From Squalus acanthias (Eukaryota): 64,000 bases of DNA. Location of the stretch: the NCBI GenBank assembly GCA_030390025.1, contig CM059432.1:59894001-59958000 (forward strand), read 5' to 3'. The notes beneath the pieces are model-generated. The model saw only the letters and a program-made list of their open reading frames with translations, made no database searches and had not been told where the DNA came from. Each line of letters opens with the position of its first letter. Positions within the stretch are counted from its first letter, which is position 1. Made by a program: the position numbers and the translations under genes. Shown here piece after piece: positions 38,996 through 51,544 of this stretch.

Positions 38996-41900
38996 GAACC
39001 GTCAAGTTTTAGTGCGCATTGCTAATTAGTCAATTTCTCTTTCCTTCACAGCCTAGCGACTTCTGCTGAGCTGAAACTGCTAATTCTGTGACCACGCTTC
39101 TCTCTCTGGGTGAATGAATATCTCACAGAAAAAAAGACTCTGTCCCACAAAATATTTTTCTCCTCATCTTTCACATGCATGGATTTATGAAGGTGGATGA
39201 ACAATGCAATCTTCAGATGATGGCACAAACTTTTTTACCATTTTATTGCCTGTGCAGTTACATAAGATGACACACAGACTAACCAGTACTGTACTGTCTG
39301 CTGTAATGAATTACATGGGATTCTATCCCATTAATACTGTTGATGCATTGAAACAAAGAAATGATTATCCACTTGATATTACGATCGTTGGAAATTATCA
39401 GATTGTCTTGTTAATGTCTTGGTAACAATGACATTTTGTTATTAAGACTTTTTCTTCTTTCAATTGCATCAGATGACATACATTGTCTAACCAACGCTGC
39501 TATAATGAATTAGCCTAGCTTATATTTCACGAACACCATTGCGGCATTAAAACATAGAAGTTATTATCCCACTCATATCATGCTCATTTAAATATATACC
39601 GGATTGCCTTTTTAATGTATCCAAGTAAAGACAAAAAACACCACGAGTGTGTCTCCCCGCTATTGGATTGAATACAATAATATTCTTGGGACATTAAAAC
39701 AGAACCTGTGTGTTACATTGATAGTCCACTGCTTTAAAGGCACCAGCTGTAATGTTAACATCCTCAGAATAAAGAAATCAGTTTTCGGGTCTGCTGTTAC
39801 ATTCCTTTTGGTGCCTGCACTGTATTAAACCAAAATCGTTAAGTTTTGGCGTACCAGCATTGATGAAGAATCTAAAATATGCCTGATGCTGATCACTTAA
39901 GAATATAAAAGAGAAACTTTTTTTTTAAGGCAGCCGTTTAAAAATCCATAACAGCAGTTCCAATATGAATCCGGCTACAGTTTTACAACCTAGAGTTCCA
40001 ATAAGATGTGATCTATCTGCATAGATCAACTTTATTCATTTATGTTGTTGATAGACCCCAGCCGCATTATCTTGCACCAAAATACGTTTACATTCAATTC
40101 CTCATTCCACACAGATAAACATCACGATGCTTTGCATAAAATCCAGGATAAATTGTGAATGCAGTAGATCCTTATTGATCTGGGATGTTCCTAACTAAAA
40201 GCGGTCCCTACTCTGCCCTATAAATGTCTAAAGACATAAAATATGTTCTTTTCTGGTTTATTGGATTCATGGCTTCCTGAGGTTGTGAGTCCTGCAGGAG
40301 GTCCATAGGCGTGTTAAACCCTACAAAAGATGTCTGCTAACACCACTTCAAGCCGATTTAAATTTAATAAATGATCTGGGGTACCGTGTCAACACTAAAT
40401 AGACACGAGAGCTTGACCGAATTAGTAATTCAGCAACATTATTTTACCTAGAGATGATTATATGTCGATATGTGTGAGAAGTGTTGTTACATCTCGATTT
40501 TTCTAAACAAGCATCAGAAATATTTAATGACACAGTTACATGGGGGGTCAATGGCTGTAGCCAAGAAATCTCCCAGGCATAATTTTACCTACTGGGTTCA
40601 GCACGAAACGTATGCTGTAGGCAAAGTATTATTTTTCTAAATCTAAGGTGTCAGATCGTCACGGAAATGTGATTGCCTGTTCTAGGCCAGTGCCTAGAAT
40701 CTTCAATTTGCGGCTTGTGAAGAATCGTTCTAAATGTTCTAACTGTAAATCCCCGGGTCTTGTGCCTGCAAAAGAATTTTGCCAGTGGTTTAAACACAGA
40801 TCTTCTCAGTTTAATAGTTTTGGCAATTTTAAAGTCTTTATAATCGAAAGGTTTTGTTGGAAGTTACTGGTAAAATGTTTCCTCTTTGATTTGAATCGTT
40901 CCAGTTAATAATTTTGTTTTTCTCAACCCATTATGGCATATACATATCTATATTTCTTGCATGCTAACAGCAAGTGACTGAAGAGCCCTCAACTGTGAGA
41001 AAGTTCTGCCCCTACTAATTGGATTCGGGGTCTTGTTGTTCTCTGAGTGACATCAGAGTCACGGAGATTATTGCCCAATGACGCCCCGAAGCCCAGGCGA
41101 CACCTAGACTTAATGGGTGAGAGTGCTACCATTAATAATCTTACTTTTCCTAAAACACGTGTAGTTGTCTTTCCCAGGAACTCTGTGGTTGCTTCCCAAC
41201 AGTGGAAATCTGATTGGATTTCACGTGAATGTTCAGTCTACTCTAGTCATTTCTCACTTGGTGAATTGTGTAAAACCAGAAGCTCTTTGCTAGGCCAGAC
41301 AATTCTCCCAGGAGCTGACTGCTGTAACTTGCTTTTTTTTGTGCCTGGCTCTGATTCCCTCGTCATTCACCCCTCCCCCCCCCACTCCCCAACCCCAGTT
41401 TCTGCAGGCAACCAGCCCATTGCAACAGAAGAACCATCCAATACTTCCCATTGTTTAAAGGTGGCAGTCCAATGCAGCCTACAAAAGTTAAACTGGGTGA
41501 TCTCAATACAACCAAATACGATTATTTCAACAAACATTAAAATTAAATATTGGTTCTGTTTCATGTCGAGTACGTAAAGTCTATGTGCTGTATATAGAAC
41601 GTATGTACTCATTATTTTGAGCTTAAGTGCTGTAGGCCTCTTGTTTTTGATAAAATTCCACAAATGCAATTTTCTGAAGTCAGTTTATGTTGAAAACAGT
41701 GAAAAAACACCACAATTTAAAGAAAACAATGAATTAAGGAAACTAGCAGAGCACTCTCACCAGAAGATCTTCATAGGTGCATCAGTCTGATTTTAAAAAA
41801 TCCTACCCACACAATCACACCCGCAAACTTGTGACCAAGAGGTTCATCAAGCTCATATTTCCTTTGAATGAATTGCATGTTCATTGCTTCCAGTCACTGA

Positions 41901-42100
41901 ATACCACAATACCAGACTTGTTTCAGGGCTGTGAAGTCCTAAATCCCTCTACAGATATGCTACTAAGATTATGATAGAGAGAATCGTGATTTTGTTGTTA
42001 AGGATATGAGAGGTAACAGAGTTTTAGATATACAAGTATTACTATATAGCAATACCACTTCTTACTGCAAAGACTACAACACATATAATTGAACAGTTGC

Positions 42101-43092
42101 AACAACAACAACAACTTGTATTTATATAGCACCTTAAACGTAGTAAAACGCCCCAAGGCGCTTCACAGGAACATTATCAAATAAAATTTGACACCAAGCC
42201 ACATAAGGAGATATTAGGGTAGATAACTGAAAGCTTGGTTAAAGAGGTAGGTTTTAAGTAGCGTCTTAAAGGAGGAAAGAGAGGTAGAGAGGCGGAGAGG
42301 TTTAGGGAGGGAATTCCAGAGTTCAGGGCCTTGGCACCTGAAGGCACGGCCACCAGTGGTGGAGCGATTAAAATCAGGGATGCTCAACAGGCCAGAATTA
42401 GAGGAGTGCAGAGATATTGGAGGGTTGTGGGCCATATTCCCCCTAATTTCTTTTTTTGGATGTGTGGCTCCTTTAAGGGGCTGCGCAGCCTATTCACAAA
42501 CATGGGAAAAGCTGGTCACGGGCTGCGCGGAATTGGCAGAGAGCTATGCGGTTGCGCAGCTTAGTTGGAAAGTTGGTTGTGGGGCTGAAGAAGATTACAG
42601 AGATAGGGAGAGGCGAGGCCATGGAGGGATTTGAAAACAAGGATGAGAATTTTAAAATTGAGGCATTGCTTAACCGGGAGTCAATGTAGGTCAGTGAGCA
42701 CAGGGGTGATGGGTGAATGGAACTTAGTGCGAGTTAGGACACGGGCAGCCGAGTTTTGGATGACTTCAAGTTTACGGAGGGTAGAATGTGGGAGGAGTGC
42801 TTTGGAATAATCAAGTCTAGAGGTAACAAAGGCATGGATGAGGGTTTCAGCAACAGATGAGCTGAGGCAGGGGCAGAGTCTGGTGATGTTCTGGTGGTGG
42901 AAATAGGCGGTTTTAGTTATGCCATGGATATGTGGTCGGAAGCTCATCTCGGGGTCAAATATGACACTAAGGTTGCGAACAGTCTGGTTCGGCCTCAGAC
43001 AGACGCTGGGGAGAGGGATGGAGTTGGTGGCTAGGGAACAGAGTTTGTGGCAGGAACCGAAGACAATGGCTTCGGTCTTCCCAATATTTAGT
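42101..43092 (-). mobile_element. L2 LINE 3' fragment
   Basis: AETLIHAFVTSRLDYS...IQNSAARVLTRT...ITPVLTDLH, GGRAF...GPELWNSLP...FKTLLKTYLF; (TTG)n tail. Confidence 0.88.
42432..42575. mobile_element. Small hAT-type MITE inside the L2
   Basis: 8-bp TSD GTTGTGGG (42424-42431 / 42576-42583); degenerate TIRs ccatattccccctaa / ttagttggaaagttg. Confidence 0.7.
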
Positions 43093-43486
43093 CACAAATG
43101 CATACCAGATTTAAGAACCCACTATTTTATGGCTGTGGCTCTTTTTTTTCACTTTGTCTTGGGCTCATGCAAAAAAGCACTCTTCATAAACAAAACAAAT
43201 CTCCCCATAAACTGATATCTCTACCCTTATATAGAATTAAAAATTATCCCCTAATTGTAGAATTGACCAATGGAAATCACAGGGGATGCCCACATTTGCA
43301 TGACTCTTTCAAAAGGCAGAGTAGACGACATTGTCAGACCAATGCATACAAGCTAAAACCAACAGTCAGATTTGCTTCTAATACAAAAGCAAAATACTGC
43401 GGATGCTGGAAATCTGGAATAAAAACAGAAAATGCTGGAAATACTCAGCAGGTCAGGCAGCATCTGTGGAGAGAGAAACAGAGTTA

Positions 43487-44358
43487 ATGGCCGCGATTTT
43501 GCGGCTTGGGAGCGGGTCAGCTGGTTTTCGGGTTCCAGTCCCGCCCCCAACTGCATCCGGCCAACGGATGTGATTTTACATCGATTGGCCTTGTTAAGCC
43601 CTCCCTGTGGGCTTGCTGGACAATTTAGAAGAAGCTGGTCAGATGACGTCATTTGATGACGCATCATCTGCCGGTTTTCTTAAAGGGACCACGCACAATT
43701 TTTCTTTGACAGCTCATTTCTCAGTGTTTGACAGCATTGAGGTGCTGCAAACACTGACAATGACTGTTCACAGGTGAGTTGTTGCACCCAGGCTCTCCAG
43801 TGACTCCCTCCTTAGGCTAGAACAGATGGCAGCTGCAGGTGAGGTTACAGAAGCGATCTGTCACTGGTGAGAGAGGTTCTCCCAATGAGGTGGGACTAGA
43901 CAGCCAATTCAAAACCTGTTACCTACAGAAAAGAGTAAATACATTAAAAATGATTTTCCCAACATTTTCTTATCTCTGAAACTCATCAGTGCACCATTGG
44001 ATCCTTCACACCACTTCTGCAGCTGTCATCAATGCAGAAACATTACAGCAGACTCACAGCACGCCACACTTACCTTCCGTGGTGTCCGGACGTCGGGGAA
44101 CCTGAGGCAGAAGCGGCAAAATTGAAAAAGAGCCTGTTAACAAGTATCAAGTACCTGTTAACAGGCAGGTAAGTGGCTGTAATCCTCTTCTCGCCGCTAG
44201 GTGTCGGGTCCATGCGCAAATCGGGGACCTGACACTTGGGAAGATTGATTGGAGGCGGGTTGACAGCGGGTTTCCTGCCCACTGTCAATCTTTGTGATTT
44301 TGACAGCGGGTTCCTGCCTCCAATCCCACACTCTGAGGACTGGCAAAATTCCGGCCCT
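43487..44358. mobile_element. Harbinger-type MITE in the left Penelope arm
   Basis: TIR core GGCCGCGATTTTGC / GCAAAATTCCGGCC; TTA duplicated (43484-43486 / 44359-44361). Confidence 0.75.
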
Positions 44359-44393
44359 TTAAGGTTTCAGGTCAATGACCTTTCATCAGAATT
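44359..44393 (-). ncRNA. Minimal hammerhead ribozyme motif in the pLTR (disrupted)
   Basis: Minus strand CTGATGA-A-AGGTC-att-GACCT-GAAAC; the downstream strand is separated by the MITE. Confidence 0.65.
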
Positions 44394-44983
44394 GGAAAAA
44401 GTTAGAGATGTAACAGATTTTACGCAAGTGCAGAGTCAGGGAAAAGGGGGTGGGGAGAAAAGAACAATAGGGAAGGTCTGTGATAGGGTGGAAGGCAGGA
44501 GTGATTAAATGACAAAAGCTATGATTGTACAAAGCAAAAGGAGATGGTAATGGGACAAGTAAAGAAACAAAAGATGGGTCTAAAAGAGGTGTAAATGGAT
44601 ACAGCAGAATCATCAACAACTGCCATCTGAAAAAATTGGAGCAGAGGTTATGGCTTTAAATTGTTGAACTTGATGTTGAGTCTAGAAGGTTGTAAAGTGC
44701 CTAATAGAAAGATGAGGTGCTGTTCCTCGAGCTTACATTGAGCTTTGTTGGAATCGTGTAAGAGGTCCAAGACAGAGAGGTCAGAGTGGGAGTGGAGAGG
44801 AGAATTAAAGTAACAGGCGACTGGATGCTCGGGGTCACGCTTGCGGACTGAAATGGAAGTGTTCCGCAAAGCGGTCACCCAATCTGCATTTGGTCTCCCC
44901 AATGTAGAGGGGACCGCATTGTGAGCAGCGCATACAGTATACTAAATTGCAAAAAGTACAAGTAAATCGCTGTTTCACCTGGA

Positions 44984-47681
44984 AGGTGTTTGATAAAGTG
45001 CCACATAATAGGCTTGCCAGCAAAGTTAAAACCCATGGAATAAAAGGGACAGTAGTAGCATGGATATGAAATTGGCTAAGCGACAGGAAACAGAGAGTAG
45101 TGGTTGTTTATCGGACTGGAGGAAGGTATACAGTGGTGTTCCCCAGGAGTTGGTACTAGGACCACTGCTTTTCTTGATATATATTAATGACTTGGACTTG
45201 GGTGTACTGGGCACAATTTCAAAATTTGCAGATGACACAAAACTTGGAAGTATAGTGAACAGTGAGGGAGATAGTGATAGATTTCAGAAGGACATAGACA
45301 GGCTGGTGGAATGGGCGGATATGTGGCAGATGGAATTTAATACACAAAAGTGCGAAGTGATACAATTTGGTAGGAAGAATGAGGAGAGACAATATAAACT
45401 AAAGGGTATAATCCTAAAGGGGGTGCATGAACAGAGAGACTGGGGGGGCGGGGGTATATGTGCACACATTGTTGAAGGTAGCAGGGCAGGTTGAAAAAGG
45501 GGTTAAAAAAGCATATGGGTTCCTGGGCTTCATAAATAGAGGTATAGAGTACAAAAGCAAGGAATATATGATGAACCTTTATAAAACACTGGTTCGGCTG
45601 CAACTGGAGTATTGTGTCCAATTCTGGGCACCACACTTTAAGAAGGATATGAAGGCCTTAGAGAGGGTGCAGAAAAGATTTACAAGAATGGTTCCAGGGA
45701 TGAGGGACTTCAGTTATGTGGATAGACTAGAGAAGTTCTCCTTAGAGCAGAGAAGGTTGAGAGGAGATTTGATAGAGGTGTTCAAAATCATGATGGGTCT
45801 AGACAGAGTAGATAGAGAGAAACTGTTCCCATTGGTGGAAGGGTCCAGAACCAGAGGACAGAGATTTAAGGTGATTGTCAGAAGAAGGTTGAGAGGAGAT
45901 GCATTGCTGATCATCTTCCAACATTCAATGGAATCTGGAACTGTACCCATGGATTGGAGGGTAGCTAATGTTACCCCACTATTCAAAAAGGGTGGTAGAG
46001 AGAAAGCGGGGAAGCCTGACATCGGTAGTGGGGAAAATGTTGGAGTCCATTATAAAGGATGTAATAGCTGAGCACTTGAAAAACAGTGACAGGATCGGAC
46101 AAAGTCAACATGGATTTACAAAAGGTAAATCATGCTTGACTAATCGATTGGAATTTTTTGAGGACGTAACTGGGAAAATAGATAAGGGCGAACCAGTAGA
46201 TGTGGTGTATTTGGACTTTCAAAAGGCTTTCGATAAGGTCCCGCATAAGAAATTAGCGTGTAAAGTTAAGGCACATGGGATTGGGGGCAAGGTATTGACT
46301 TGGATAGAGAACTGGTTGGCGGACAGAAAGCAGAGAGTAGGAATTAATGGGTCTTTTTCCGAGTGGCAAGCAGTGACTAGTGGGGTACCGCAGGGATCGG
46401 TCCTTGGACCCCAGCTATTCACAATATACATTAATGATCTAGATAAGGGAACTAAATGTAATATCTCCAAGTTTGCAGATGACACAAAGCTGGGTGGGAG
46501 TGTGTGCTGCGAGGAGGATACCGAGAAACTCCAGGATGATTTGGACAGGTTGGGTAAGTGGGCAGAAGCATGGCAGATGCAATATAACGTGGATAAATGC
46601 GAGGTTATCCACTTTGGTGTCAAAAACAGAAAGGCAGACTATTATCTGAATGGCAATAGATTGGGAGAAGGGGAAGTGCAACGAGACCTGGGTGTCCTTG
46701 TGCACCAGTCGCTGAAGGTAAGCATGCAGGTGCAGCAGGCGGTGAAGAAGGCAAATGGTATGTTGGCCTTCATAGCGAAAGGGTTTGAATATAGGAACAG
46801 GGATGTCCTGCTGCAGTTGTACAGGGCCTTGGTGAGACCACACCTTGAGTACTGTGTGCAGTTTTGGTCGCCTTATCTGAGGAAGGATGTTCTTGCCATG
46901 GAAGGAGTTCAGCGAAGATTCACAAGGCTGAAACCTGGGATGGCAGGAATGACATATGAGGAGAGATTGGGTCGATTGGGCTTATACTCACTGGAGTATA
47001 GAAGAATGAGAGGGGATCTCATCGAAACAGATAAAATTCTGACAGGTCTGGACAAACTAGATGCAGGAAGAATGTTCCCGATGGTCGGAGAGTCCAGAAC
47101 CAGGGGTCATAATCTAAGGATAAGGGGTAAGCCATTTAGGACAGAAATGAGGAAGAATTTCTTCACCCAGAGAGTGGTGAACCTGTGGAATTCTCTACCA
47201 CAGAAGGTAGTTGAGGCCAAGTCATTAAATATATTCAAGAATGAGTTAGATATATTTCTTAAAGCTAAAGGTATCAAGGGATATGGGGAGAAGGCAGGGA
47301 CAGGGTACTGAGTTTGGATGATCAGCCATGATCTCATCGAATGGCGGAGCAGGCTCAAGGGCCCGAATGGCCTACTCCTGCTCCTATCTTCTATGTTTCT
47401 ATGTTTCTATGTAACCAAAGGCGAGATGAGGAAAAACTTTTTTACGCAGCGAGTGGTTATGATCTGGAATTCACTGCCTGAAAGGGTGGTGGAGGTAGAC
47501 TCATTCGTGGCTTTCAAAAGGGAATTGGATAACTACCTGAAGGAAAAACATTTGCACGGCTACAGGGAAAGGGCGGGGGGAGTGGGACTAGCTGAAGTGC
47601 TCTTGCAGAGAGCCGGCACGGGTTCGACAGGCCGAATGGCCTCCTTCTGTGCTGTAACCATTCTATGATTCTATGATTCTA
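44984..47681 (+). mobile_element. CR1 fragment inserted in the Penelope arm, itself hosting a younger CR1
   Basis: FDKVPH...SGVPQELVLGP...FADD; resumes accaaaggcgagatgagg at ~47414; (TTCTATGA)n tail. Penelope sequence resumes at ~47681. Confidence 0.88.
45897..47412 (+). mobile_element. Young CR1, near-identical to 8045-9570
   Basis: Colinear with copy 1 apart from scattered substitutions and a 14-bp deletion at ~46013; (TTCTATGT)n tail. Confidence 0.95.
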
Positions 47682-47879
47682 GGAGTGTTTGGAACCCTGG
47701 ACAGTGGGAAGGGAGGAGGTAAAAGGGCAGGTGTTGCATCTCCTGCGCTTGCAGGGGAAGGTGCCGTGGGAAGGGGAGTGGGTGTTGGGGCATTTTCTGT
47801 TTTTATTTCAGATTTCCAGCATTCGCAGTATTTTGCTTTTGTATTAGTGTTTAATTCACTGCCACTTTTCTTCTAGGAA

Positions 47880-50558
47880 TGCCCACCTTGAAGAAGTTTT
47901 GCTCTTCTCTCCAACGGGATTTCCGTTTGTCTCTTTTACCTTGTTCATCTTCATTGCTTTCTGTTTCCATTCTAGTGTTTGATCAGGTATCTACCAAACC
48001 TCACTTTCACAGCCACATCTCTTTCCTCAGCAACTGTCTCTGGCTCTAACTTATTCCACATGGATTCCAACAGAAATTCCACCCTTCATGTTTCGGATCC
48101 ACCCAGGATTACAGATATCTCCAAGATATTCAGCGTTCCTCGAACCACTGCTCTCGCCACATCCTGACATCCACCCTCAATGTCATGCATCGCCACATGG
48201 ACTCTCTCGACCTCTCTCTTCAGCAGCACTGACTTACTCTATCTCAAAGCTGTCCTGGTCCACTGTTCCATTTCATCCTTCGCCACATCCGACACTTTAA
48301 CAAAAGACTTCTTTTCTTCCTTTCAGGTGTCAAGGAGCACAAGCTTCAACAACTCTTGGACACCAACGCCCCTCCGGAACCTGCTTCCCCTTTACTTTCC
48401 TCTGACCCCATCCCTTCTTCCAATCTCACCCCCTGCCGTGTTTTCACTATCCCCTCTGACATTCCCCTCTCTGACCCCGAATGATCAGTCCTCAGCAAAG
48501 GCCTGAGCTTCATCCCCAAACTCCACCTCCTCAATGAATTTCGAGCTCGGCATGACGCTGAGCTCTTTTTCTGTCGCCTTCGTCTCTGTGTCCAATTCTT
48601 TGGTCAGGTGTCTTCCCCCCGGCAAAGCAGACCCTTTCTCCCATTTTCAGAATTCTCGTTCTACCTGGACCCTTCGTCTGGCCTCTTACCTTCTCTAGAT
48701 CTTTTAATTGCGAACTTCCGGCGTGACGTCGATCATCTCAATTTCTCTGCTCCCCTCACTCACTCCAACCTAGCTCCCTCTGACCTTGCAGCACTCCGTT
48801 CTCTCAGATCCAACCCTAACATTGTCATTAAACCTGCTGACAAGGGTGGCGCTGTTGTTTGGTGAACCAACCTCTACCTTGTGGAGTCTGAACGCCAACT
48901 CTCTGACACCTCCTCCTACCTCCCTCTGGACCATGACCCCACTACCGAGCATCAAGCCATAGTTTCCAGGACTGCTACTGACCTCATCTCCTCTGGAAAT
49001 CTTCCCTCTACACCGCCAACCTCATAGTCCCCAACCCCGCACAACCCGCTTCTACCTCCTTCCCAAGATACACAAACAGGACTGCCCTGGTAGACCCATC
49101 ATTTCAGCCTCTTCCCACATACATCCGCGACTGTTCCGACACCTCCGCCACTTTAACAGTTTCCAGTTTCCTGATCCCAATTGTCTGCTTTTCACTATGG
49201 ACGTCCAATCCCTCTACACCTCCATTCCCCACCAGGACGGTCTGAGGGCGCTCCGCATCTTCCTTGAACAGAGGCCCAACCAGTCCCCATCCACCACCAC
49301 CCTCCTCTGCCTGCTGAACTTGTTCTCACATTGAACAACTTCTCCTTTGACTCCACTCACTTCCTCCAAATAAAAGATGTTGCTATGGGAACCCGCATGG
49401 GTCCTAGCTATGCCTGCCTTTTCGTGGGATATGTGCAACATTCTTTGTTCCAGTCCTATCAGATTCCCTCCCTCACTTCTTTTTCTGGTACATTGATGAC
49501 TGTATCAGTGCCGTTCCCTGCTCTCATCCTGAACTAGAAAATTTCATTCACTTTGCTCCCAATTTCTACCCTTTCCTCGCCTTCACATGGTCCATCTCTG
49601 ACTCGTCCCTTCCATTCCCTTCCTCAACTTCTCTGTCTCCATTTCTGGGGATAGGCTATCAACAAACATCCACTATAAGCCCACTGACTCCCACAGCTAC
49701 CTTGACTACACTTTCTCCCACCCCGCTTTCTGTAAGGACTCTATTCCATTCTCCCAGTTTCTCCATCACCTTCTCATCTGTTCTGACGATGCCACCTTCC
49801 ATATTAGTGCTTCTGATATGTCTTCCTTTTTCCTCAGCCGAGGATTCCCCTCTACCGGGGTCGACATGGCCCTCGACTGTGTCCATTTCAGACCCGCACT
49901 TCTGCTCTCATCCCTTCCCCTCCCTCCCAGAACCACGATAGGGTTCCCCTTGACCTCATCTTTCACTCTACCAGCCTCCACATTCAACAAATCATCCTCA
50001 GCCATTTCCGCCACCTCCAGCGTGATTCCACCAGCAAACACATCTTCCCCTCCCCTTTCAGCATTCCGAACGGACCGCTCCCTCCGCGACACCCTGATCC
50101 ACTCCTCAATCACCCCCAACATCCCCTCCCCTTCCCACGGCACATTCCCCTGCAAGTGCAGGAGATGCAACACCTTCCCTTTTACTTTCTCCCTTCCCAC
50201 CGTCCAGGGCCCCAAACACTCCTTCCAGTTGAAACAGCGATTTACTTGTACTTCTTGCAATTTAGTATATTGTATTCACTGCTCACGATGCAGTCTCCTC
50301 TACATTGGGGAGAACAAATGCAGTTTGGGTGACTGCTTTGCGGAACACCTCCGTTCAGTCCGTAAGGGTGACTCCGAACTTCCGGTTGCCTGTCATTTTA
50401 ATTCTCCGCTCCACTCCCACTCTGACCTCTCTGTTCTCGGCCTCTTACACTGTTCCAACGAAGCTCAATGTAAGCTTGAGGAACAGAACCACATCTTTCT
50501 ATAAGGTGCTTTACAGCCTTCTGGACTCAACATCAAGTTCAACAATTTCAGACCATAA
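47880..50558 (+). pseudogene. Penelope RT plus GIY-YIG endonuclease ORF, many frameshifts
   Basis: IVIKPADKGGAVV, FYLLPKIHK..PGRPIIS, MDVQSLYTSIP, VAMGTRMGPSYA, YIDD, Cys linker PCKCRRCNT, NLVYCIHC..C.LLYIGE. Start approximate. Confidence 0.85.
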
Positions 50559-50798
50559 CCTCTGTCCTTATTTTTTCAGATGATTCTGCTGTATCCATTT
50601 ACACCTCTTCTAGACCCATCTTTTGTTTCTTTACTTGTCCCATTACCATCTCCTTTTGCTTTGTACAATCATAGCTTTTGTCATTTAATCACTCCTGCCT
50701 TCCACCCTATCACAGACCTTCCCTTTTGTTCTTTCCTCCCTTCCCCTTTTCCCTGCCCCTGCACTTGCTTAAAATCTGTTACATCTCTAACTTTTTCC

Positions 50799-50831
50799 AA
50801 TTCTGAAGTAAGGTCATCGACCTGAAACGTT
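50799..50831 (+). ncRNA. Minimal hammerhead ribozyme motif in the 3' pLTR (mutated, disrupted)
   Basis: CTGAAGT-A-AGGTC-atc-GACCT-GAAACGTT, with AACT following only after the MITE. Confidence 0.55.
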
Positions 50832-51247
50832 GGGCTGTATTTTCATTGACCCATGGAGGCGGGTTTGGAGGCGTGTGGGGGGTTAAAATTGCAAAAAGTG
50901 GCGGGCGGGCACAAGTCCGCCTCCATCCCGCCTCCACGCGATTTTCATGAAATCATGTCTGCTGGTCCCGACTGCGTCCCGCCTTTAAGAGACGGGATAG
51001 GTTGTTAAGGCCCTTAACAAGCACTAAATTGGCTCTATAATGCCATTTTGAAAGGCCTTTGTGATTCTAACCCTTGTTCTATGTGAAGCACGCCTGTTCT
51101 GAACCACGATTGTGAAACCTGGCGGGAGCACATTTGGATAGGTGACTATCAGTGGCTGGGCTGACTATCAGTGAGTGAGTGGCTGGCAGGCATCTGGGAG
51201 TGGTGGAGGAGACATATCTGGGAATGCTGGTTCTGGTTCTGGTTCTG

Positions 51248-51286
<39 letters not shown>

Positions 51287-51544
51287 TATATTTTGCATCC
51301 AGGTCCTCTCACAGCAAAGGCCAGACAGTCTCTGAAAACCTTCAATGCAGCAGCAATGATGACATCATCAGAGGCAACTTTCAGACTGAAAACACTAATT
51401 GGTTCATGGGTTCCCACATGCTGGAACTCAATTGCCCAATTAGGTGAAAATCGCATCAATCTCCCACATCCAATTGCAGTCGGGTGGATAACACGAAAAG
51501 TGGATAACACGACCCCAACCCGCCCCAGTATCAAAATCCAGCCC
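50832..51544. mobile_element. Harbinger-type MITE in the right Penelope arm, with (CTGGTT)n(CT)n microsatellite
   Basis: TIRs GGGCTGTATTTT / AAAATCCAGCCC; flanks GTT / GCT restore gaaacgttaactctg. Confidence 0.78.
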
